From positions 73,686-137,685 of the forward strand of contig CAZXFT010000006.1 of the NCBI GenBank assembly GCA_964640655.1: DNA of 64,000 nt, in the 5' to 3' direction. Below the pieces are notes generated by a model. That model worked only from the letters and a program-made list of their open reading frames with translations. It searched no databases and had not been told where the DNA came from. A program made the position numbers and the translations under genes. Positions 57,201 through 64,000 of the stretch are shown piece by piece; the first letter of the stretch is position 1; each line of letters begins with the position of its first letter. Source of the stretch: an uncultured Bifidobacteriaceae bacterium. Lineage in GTDB: Bacteria; Bacteroidota; Bacteroidia; Chitinophagales; UBA10324.

Positions 57201-57317
57201 AATGATGGAAATAATATTCAGTTCAATCTAAACGACCAGACACCGGGTGTTTATATGATGATAATTTCAGATCAAAACAATAATTCTTTCACTAAACAAA
57301 TAGTTCTACAACCATGA
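54288..57317 (+). CDS. large T9SS-secreted surface protein, paralog 2
   Basis: Collinear with paralog 1 over the full length. Features are signal peptide ..DAYA/ALG, MGFENYLTEWTTINGTW, KITWTTAAELNNAYFSLERS, and the CTD LSVYPNPTTGIVNV..GVYMMIISD..TKQIVLQP. Confidence 0.8.
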   Translation: MRKLSPFNRVTTAVKQRQRIVILSTLLLIIISGAILVYLNTGNQKDAYAALGNNMGFENYLTEWTTINGTWNSTSADKRGGTRAVLCSANSTEAILRNNNSTITIPSSGTNYITVIAYAKASAITGRARLGVFNTNSSTESLAASTTSLTTSGYTQLTFNLLATNGHTYVPVLCAQTSSGSANIYYDDVIIYTSTATTADITNPVKGQSFNATTSGTQINMNWTNGTDAQSGIGGVMVLRTTGLTSASAALTNQLTYHPSNSSIGPTSVSGFNVVYNGSTVTSINNNPGSYNTYTYLIYTRDRAYNYSSTPIRLYVINGTNLSQSLSSNISLDGLCIASTCTLNISNNRILTFENNAQGNIFGYINSTGTIISGSNVSINMKNGSTYEYSRETQWNETTPILQANWESGSTCLITGLKAYSVSGFDQNFHHLVWNCSSQQFKFQFPVNRTINGNLNIQNTSPGNSNRSFCFNGDCTIKGNLTYNNNTATVICNTNSKIIINGSSQQSITGNFFFENLQVDNAAGVLLYDNQIINNTLFLTSGNLNMNSKTIQMVNGSLITRDGGSMSNGTLDIYEAWNAANRYNLRYTVDCTSGVELISSSTRLNNLTIDVPNNGAVTLNKHAVVNGTLTLTNGKIVSGSYEVRVIPTTANSVSFTSNSFVEGFLRRNIVNAGNVNYDFPVGFDDKLQLTTITAKALLTTSSIVASFSPNITGAAPVPSTCKIGASGITTLLDNGIWTIEPNVQPTGGNYDITVKSQGYTNGYSNPMGYCIIKRNNSSSAWQSIGTHSNLTQSIDAGVVTVKRSSLTSFSDFGVGFGSGYNLPISLSSFEVKQHETDKVKITWTTAAELNNAYFSLERSVNGTDYEMINEQEGAGTSTVPTSYQYIDKFPVSGINYYRLKQVDFDGTYTYGPVKQISLSQSVNNNNPLANLSVYPNPTTGIVNVSNVQLTQSPVIIKVYDIGGQFIKQLTYNDGNNIQFNLNDQTPGVYMMIISDQNNNSFTKQIVLQP

Positions 57318-57341
57318 TGTAACAACTACAATTGCGTTAGG

Positions 57342-57369
57342 AAAGGCTGCAGCAATGCGGCCTTTTTTT
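57342..57369 (+). terminator. terminator hairpin between convergent T9SS paralog 2 and thiF
   Basis: AAAGGCTGCA-gcaa-TGCGGCCTTT followed by a T-run (7 T in total). The stem has one G-U wobble. The T-run overlaps the thiF stop codon. On the minus strand the hairpin is followed only by UUUC. Confidence 0.65.
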
Positions 57370-58492
57370 ATGTATTCATATAAGCACGTAAACCGCCTTT
57401 CAACTGATACACATTGGTATAACCCTTATGCAGCTGAAGATAGTTTAATGCATCAGCACTGCGCTGCCCCACCTGACAATAGACGATTACTTTTTTGTCG
57501 CGCGGTATTTCAAAAAAACGTGCGCGTAAATCGTTCAAAGGAATTGACAGACCACCAATATTTAAAAGTTCATGTTCGAAAACTTCTCTGACATCTACCA
57601 GCAGGAAAGGTTCATTGGATCGAGTAAGTTCTTTAAGTTCAGCAGGTGACATTTCACGAATACTCTGGGCATCAGCAGAGTTTACATGACAGAAATTTTC
57701 ATAGTATATATCATCTTCGAGAGGTGCATTTTTTAATTTGGTTACGTCCTGTTCACTGCGCGAGTAACCAAATACTTGTTGTTGATGATTCAACAAGTTA
57801 TAAACTGCATACTGATTAATCAGTGCACTACCAATACCTGTAATGATTTTAATTGTTTCCAAAGCCATTAATGTTCCAATGAACCCAGCTACAGCACCCA
57901 AAACACCAATCTGATCGCAGGAAGGAGAATCGAAACTAGAAGGTGGCAATGGAAACAAACAACGATAAGTACCACTGCGCTCCTTTTCGTTAATCGGTGC
58001 ATTGAACACAGCAAGTTGACCCTGATACTGAAAGATGGAACCGGAGATAAATGTCTTATCTGTTTTAACACAGATGTCATTAATTAAATATCGAGTGCTG
58101 AAATTATCACTGCAATCCATAATGATATCATACGGCATCAGCATATCAAAAGCATTGTCGGCAGTGAGTTTCTTTTCTATAGCTTCAACTTGTATATATG
58201 TATTTCTGATTTCAAGTTTGAGTTTTGCCAGCATAGCTTTAGACTTACCTACGTCCTGCATATTGTATAATACCTGCCGCTGCAGGTTGCTGATTTCAAC
58301 TTGATCGTGATCTATTAATGCCAGTCTACCAACACCGGCAGAAGCCAAATACATAGCAGCCGGACAACCCAAACCTCCTGCACCAACTATGACTATTGAA
58401 GAATTCTTCAATTGAAGTTGTGCTTCCGCTCCGAAGTTATTCAACAACAATTGTCTGTTGTAATACTGTATTTCCTGCTCACTTAAACTCAT
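57368..58492 (-). CDS. thiF: ThiF/MoeB-family adenylyltransferase with C-terminal rhodanese domain
   Basis: VGAGGLGCPAAMYLASAGVG, LIDHDQVEISNLQRQ, and a C-terminal rhodanese with the active-site loop YCQVGQRS. It is the last gene of the thi operon. Confidence 0.8.
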   Translation of the reverse strand: MSLSEQEIQYYNRQLLLNNFGAEAQLQLKNSSIVIVGAGGLGCPAAMYLASAGVGRLALIDHDQVEISNLQRQVLYNMQDVGKSKAMLAKLKLEIRNTYIQVEAIEKKLTADNAFDMLMPYDIIMDCSDNFSTRYLINDICVKTDKTFISGSIFQYQGQLAVFNAPINEKERSGTYRCLFPLPPSSFDSPSCDQIGVLGAVAGFIGTLMALETIKIITGIGSALINQYAVYNLLNHQQQVFGYSRSEQDVTKLKNAPLEDDIYYENFCHVNSADAQSIREMSPAELKELTRSNEPFLLVDVREVFEHELLNIGGLSIPLNDLRARFFEIPRDKKVIVYCQVGQRSADALNYLQLHKGYTNVYQLKGGLRAYMNT

Positions 58493-58498
58493 ATAACC

Positions 58499-59614
58499 TT
58501 AAGACAAACTAAACACATTTTCCCAATCCTTCCACACGGGCTGCAATCCTTTAGATTTTATAGCTTCTGCAACGAGTGCTGGACTTCTGGCATCGTCTAT
58601 TTCAAACTGCTCCAGTTCCTCCTGAGATACGGCATATCCGCCGGGATTTGTTTTGGAACCCGCACTGACAGATGTAATGCCTAAGGAAAATAGTTGATCA
58701 CGAAATGATGATTCTTCGCGAGTTGATAATGACAATTCCAAATCTTCATTGAAAATTCTGTAAGCACATATTAACTGCAACAATTCCTTATTGGACATTT
58801 CAAACTTAGGTGGTTCCATACCAATTGCAGGTCTCAGGCGAGGGAAAGAAATGCTGAATTTGGTTTTCCAATATTTCTTTTGAAGGTAGTGCTGATGCAG
58901 CGCTGTAAAGAAAGAATCCACGCGCCAGTTTTCTAAACCGAGCAAAACTCCCAGCCCAATTTTGTGAATGTTTTTTTCACCAAGCCTTTCCGGTGTTTGA
59001 AGACGATAAATGAAGTTAGACTTCTTGCCTTTAGGATGATATTTTTTATAGTTAGCCTCATGATAGGTTTCCTGGTAAACCAACACGGAATAAACACCGG
59101 CTCTAATGAGCCTTTCATATTCATCCGCATCGAGAGGCTGTACTTCAATAGATATATTATTAAAATGAGGTTTGACCAATTGAACTGCGTGTTCGAGATA
59201 ATCTATACCAACAGTTTTATTGGCCTCACCTGTAACGAGTAATAGATGGTCAAAACCCATGGCCTTTACAATTTCAACTTCACGCAATATTTGTTCATCG
59301 CTTAATCGTATACGAGGCAACTGGTTGTCGTATCTGAAACCACAGTAGGTGCATATGTTCTGACATTCGTTAGATAGATACATTGGAATGTACATCTGTA
59401 ATGTATTCCCAAAACGTTTTCTGGTAAGCTGATAACTCAACTGAGCCATTTGGGGAAGAAATCTGGCTGCACGTTCTGATACAAGTGCTAAAAAATCTTC
59501 CGGTGTACCCTGCCCTGCTCTGTTTAATGAACGCTGTATGTCCGAATCGGTGACAGATTGTAGTTTCAATTCAATCTGTTCCCATTTGTATTTATGAAAA
59601 AGTTCTTCAAACAT
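58499..59614 (-). CDS. thiH: 2-iminoacetate synthase (radical SAM)
   Basis: Radical-SAM CxxxCxxC (CQNICTYC), 371 aa, adjacent to thiG. Confidence 0.88.
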   Translation of the reverse strand: MFEELFHKYKWEQIELKLQSVTDSDIQRSLNRAGQGTPEDFLALVSERAARFLPQMAQLSYQLTRKRFGNTLQMYIPMYLSNECQNICTYCGFRYDNQLPRIRLSDEQILREVEIVKAMGFDHLLLVTGEANKTVGIDYLEHAVQLVKPHFNNISIEVQPLDADEYERLIRAGVYSVLVYQETYHEANYKKYHPKGKKSNFIYRLQTPERLGEKNIHKIGLGVLLGLENWRVDSFFTALHQHYLQKKYWKTKFSISFPRLRPAIGMEPPKFEMSNKELLQLICAYRIFNEDLELSLSTREESSFRDQLFSLGITSVSAGSKTNPGGYAVSQEELEQFEIDDARSPALVAEAIKSKGLQPVWKDWENVFSLS

Positions 59615-59619
59615 ATTAA

Positions 59620-60408
59620 TTACAGACTACTGATAAACTCTGTGAATGGACTTGAAGCGTGCGCTGTTTCAGAAACAAAAACACCATCTGTTTCAAAAGC
59701 TGTACGACCAGCTTCAACTGCCAGCCTGAAAGCATGTGCAACACGAACAGGCTCTGATGCAACAGCAATAGCAGTATTAACCAGTACCGCATCAGCACCA
59801 AGTTCCATTGCTTCTGCCGCCTGCGAAGGTTTTCCAATACCGGCATCAACAATAACAGGAACATTACTTTGCGAAATAATAATCTTCAACATAGCTTTTG
59901 TTTCCAAACCTCTGTTAGATCCTATTGGCGCACCAAGCGGCATAACAGCAGATGTACCTGCATCTTCAAGTCGTTTACATAATACAGGGTCAGCGTGTAT
60001 GTAAGGTAAAATAATGAAGCCGCGTTTAGCTAATTCCTCTGTTGCCTTCAGTGTCTCGATTGGGTCGGGTAATAAATATTTAGGATCGGGATGAATCTCT
60101 AACTTCAGCCAATTGGTTTCAAATGCTTCACGACACAATTCGGCACATAGAATTGCTTCTTCTGCATTACGCGCTCCACTGGTGTTAGGTAATAATTTCA
60201 CACCCAGCTTTTTTACAGCATGTAGTATGTCCTCATCGGCATGTAATTGATCTACACGTTTCAATGCAATGGTTACCATTTCTGTTTCCGATGCTGCGAT
60301 GCTTGTGCACATCAATTGATTGGATGCAAATTTTCCGGTGCCCAAAAACAATCGAGACTGAAATGTAAATTCTGCTATTTTTAAGCTATTGTTACCTGTA
60401 ATTTTCAT
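59620..60408 (-). CDS. thiG: thiazole synthase
   Basis: [55 protein letters not shown]. Confidence 0.92.
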   Translation of the reverse strand: MKITGNNSLKIAEFTFQSRLFLGTGKFASNQLMCTSIAASETEMVTIALKRVDQLHADEDILHAVKKLGVKLLPNTSGARNAEEAILCAELCREAFETNWLKLEIHPDPKYLLPDPIETLKATEELAKRGFIILPYIHADPVLCKRLEDAGTSAVMPLGAPIGSNRGLETKAMLKIIISQSNVPVIVDAGIGKPSQAAEAMELGADAVLVNTAIAVASEPVRVAHAFRLAVEAGRTAFETDGVFVSETAHASSPFTEFISSL

Positions 60409-61043
60409 GCTGTTGGTGATTTTGTAAATTGATAAATCATTTTTACGAGTGGTGCTGTGTTCCCCTTCGCTAATGCTTTAGTAATGGCAGATGATACAGC
60501 TATGTTGTATAATCCTAATTTTTTTAGTGTTTCTAAATCATCAAAATCGATTCCGCCTATGGCTACCAGAGGAATCGTTAAACTGAAATGTCTGTATTGT
60601 TCGATAATTTTCTTTAAACCTTCGGTTCCTAAAACCGGATTTAGTTTTTCTCGCGTGCTTGTGAATTTATATGGTCCGATGCCGGCATAGTCCGCAAAGT
60701 TATTTTGAGCAAAGATGATGTCTTGAATAGTGTTGCACGAATAACCAACAATCTTCTCGGGCAGCAATCGGCGACACAAAAAAAGTGCAGCATCCTCTTT
60801 TCCAACATGAACTCCGTCTGCATTGGATTTTGTAGCTACTTCAAGGTTGTCGTTAACAATAAAAGTCGTTTTGTATTTCGTCGTAATCTCTCTTATTTCT
60901 CTGGCTGTATCTATCCATTCTTTAAGTTCGGTATTCTTAGTACGGTATTGAATCCATCTGAAACCCGCTTTGCATGCGTCTTTCACTTGCTGTGTGTGCG
61001 GGTACTCTGCAATGTCGGCTGTTAAAAATTGAATGGGAAACAT
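60405..61043 (-). CDS. thiE: thiamine-phosphate synthase
   Basis: [28 protein letters not shown] and VAIGGI are TMP-synthase TIM-barrel motifs. ATGA overlap with thiG. Confidence 0.85.
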   Translation of the reverse strand: MFPIQFLTADIAEYPHTQQVKDACKAGFRWIQYRTKNTELKEWIDTAREIREITTKYKTTFIVNDNLEVATKSNADGVHVGKEDAALFLCRRLLPEKIVGYSCNTIQDIIFAQNNFADYAGIGPYKFTSTREKLNPVLGTEGLKKIIEQYRHFSLTIPLVAIGGIDFDDLETLKKLGLYNIAVSSAITKALAKGNTAPLVKMIYQFTKSPTA

Positions 61044-61055
61044 GTGCAGTATACT

Positions 61056-61811
61056 TTATGTAGTTGAAGGGTGATGCAAATGGTGTAACACGTTTTCTAT
61101 ATAATTCTCTAATGCCTTTTTTGAAATTTTATACGCCTCTTGCAAATCTTTTCCTTTTGCCATGCCTGCCATAATGCCCGAAGCCAACCGGCAACCCGTT
61201 CCTCTAATGTTATGATGCTCTGCTTTAAGAGGGCTATTATGAATATGTTGATGACCATCAAAGAACATATGGTCTGTAACAGCGGTTTCATTTTGCACAA
61301 TGGCCTTTAGTAAAAGATTGGTATTAGCTGTTATGAAATCAATTGCTGATTTGTCTGACAGCCCATTGCAAAGAATTTCAAATTCTTTTTTATTGGGGGT
61401 AATGAGATAAAATCTTTGAAAAAAAGATTCTACATCGCGGAGTCTCCATTTATAAAATGAAAAACCACTGCTGCTGCTTCCAACAGTATCCCAGATAATC
61501 TTGACTTCGTGGTTTGCCTGGAAAAGCAGTTCTGTCAATGCAAATAACACTGCTGGATTTTCAATCAATCCAATTTTCACAAAGTCAATTTTATAATCTT
61601 TCAAGATTAGTCTTAGCTGTTCTTTCATCCACTCCGCATTCATCCAGTTCACAGCATAAAAGTGCCGGTTGTTCTGAATAGTGTCGGCACTAAGGACTGT
61701 ATGAGGCGATACACCCATATTCAGGCAGGTTTCGTAGTCGGCTAAAATGCCTGCACCACCTGTTGGGTCAAAACCCCCAATCAACAAACAGCCAGATTCA
61801 AATCCTTGCAT
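61056..61811 (-). CDS. thiD: hydroxymethylpyrimidine/phosphomethylpyrimidine kinase
   Basis: GFDPTGGAGILAD and HNIRGTGCRLASGIMAG are ribokinase-fold ThiD motifs. It overlaps the upstream gene by about 31 nt. Confidence 0.85.
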   Translation of the reverse strand: MQGFESGCLLIGGFDPTGGAGILADYETCLNMGVSPHTVLSADTIQNNRHFYAVNWMNAEWMKEQLRLILKDYKIDFVKIGLIENPAVLFALTELLFQANHEVKIIWDTVGSSSSGFSFYKWRLRDVESFFQRFYLITPNKKEFEILCNGLSDKSAIDFITANTNLLLKAIVQNETAVTDHMFFDGHQHIHNSPLKAEHHNIRGTGCRLASGIMAGMAKGKDLQEAYKISKKALENYIENVLHHLHHPSTT

Positions 61812-62437
61812 TTGTCCAATACTTTTTTGAATTCAGCAATCGGGTCGTTTCCTTGCCAGATAATACCCAGCAATCCAAAACCGGCAAAGCCATAGTCTTT
61901 TACTTCAGCAACTTTGTCGGCAGTAACACCTCCAAGCGCAATAACTTTATATTTGGTTTTTTGTAAAGCTGCACGCAGAGAGGTTTCGTTGAAGGTGCTC
62001 TTGTGTCCAAGCTTAGAAATGCTTTCAAAAATGGGATTTAAAAAAACATAGCGATAACGCGGGTGAAAGTGCTTCAAACTGTGTATGACATGAAATGAAG
62101 TGCTTATCTGTAAATCCGGTCTTCGATATTGCAAATACTTTAGCATAAACCAGGTATAGAACTTATTATTCTTCCTGTGACGTTCGGTGAGGTGTATTCC
62201 TTTTATTTTAAACTGCGCAGCAAGTTCGTGGTGTGTGTGAATGATAATTCGGTCCATATATTTTGGATCGAACTTGTTGAGATAGCTTCTCAGTTTTTCA
62301 GTGGAATATTTTGGCTTACGAACATGATATTGACTTAAACCTAACCTAAACATTTCCATAACCAGCCCATGTTCTTCAGGGTAATCTTTTTCAGGGCTGA
62401 CCAAAATGACTCTTAATGGTTTATCTGCAGGCAACAT
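61781..62437 (-). CDS. second ThiE-family protein (TenI-like or divergent TMP synthase)
   Basis: LRVILVSPE.., YHVRKPK, GIHLTERH and VIALGGVTADKV follow the ThiE/TenI TIM-barrel pattern but are clearly divergent from the 60405-61043 copy. Confidence 0.65.
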   Translation of the reverse strand: MLPADKPLRVILVSPEKDYPEEHGLVMEMFRLGLSQYHVRKPKYSTEKLRSYLNKFDPKYMDRIIIHTHHELAAQFKIKGIHLTERHRKNNKFYTWFMLKYLQYRRPDLQISTSFHVIHSLKHFHPRYRYVFLNPIFESISKLGHKSTFNETSLRAALQKTKYKVIALGGVTADKVAEVKDYGFAGFGLLGIIWQGNDPIAEFKKVLDKCKDLNLAVC

Positions 62438-62457
62438 TGATATATAATTTGGGGTGA

Positions 62458-64000
<1,543 letters not shown>

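Overview
This is an AT-rich, gene-dense chromosomal segment with about 63 protein-coding genes. By eye I found no rRNA, tRNA, CRISPR array, IS element or integrase. Several features point to Bacteroidota: T9SS C-terminal sorting domains, carboxypeptidase-regulatory-type TonB-dependent receptors (one with a DUF4249-like lipoprotein partner), DUF1599/folP/cdaA synteny, and frequent 4-nt ATGA gene overlaps.

Gene blocks in order:
1. 0.9-13.3 kb, all minus strand: a zeaxanthin-type carotenoid supercluster. It holds crtZ, ispH, a large hybrid histidine kinase, an outer-membrane barrel, a lycopene-cyclase-domain protein, an orphan 166-aa ORF, crtB and crtI. Upstream of these sit a PrsW-type membrane protease, an ECF sigma factor, a CarH/LitR-like MerR regulator with a B12 domain, and a DUF422-like membrane protein.
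2. pabB, a 70-aa block-polyampholyte ORF, and purA.
3. 16.3-22.0 kb: seven tightly packed co-directional envelope genes. In transcription order they are a LolA-like protein, a signal-peptide YidD paralog with a His tract, two paralogous TPR/TM proteins, a Cys-rich small protein, a TonB-dependent receptor, and a periplasmic HMA protein.
4. fabD, queD, mqnB.
5. nuoA-nuoK. nuoLMN are absent here and NuoG is the short form.
6. mlaD, a GNAT, a TBDR + DUF4249-like pair, topA, saccharopine dehydrogenase, cdd, a desaturase, rocD, cdaA-folP, DUF1599, a DoxX-like protein, an orphan ABC permease, and ruvB.
7. Two tandem paralogous T9SS surface proteins of about 1010 aa.
8. A thiamine operon, thiC-(thiE/tenI-like)-thiD-thiE-thiG-thiH-thiF, with thiC cut by the window edge.

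The two candidates I consider most worth follow-up are these:
- The B12-photoreceptor / ECF sigma / PrsW module heading the crt genes.
- The seven-gene envelope operon, in which three consecutive products share an A-C-C vicinal-cysteine motif and a fourth has a His tract.

All functional calls come from motif reading of the translated ORFs. No database search was possible.
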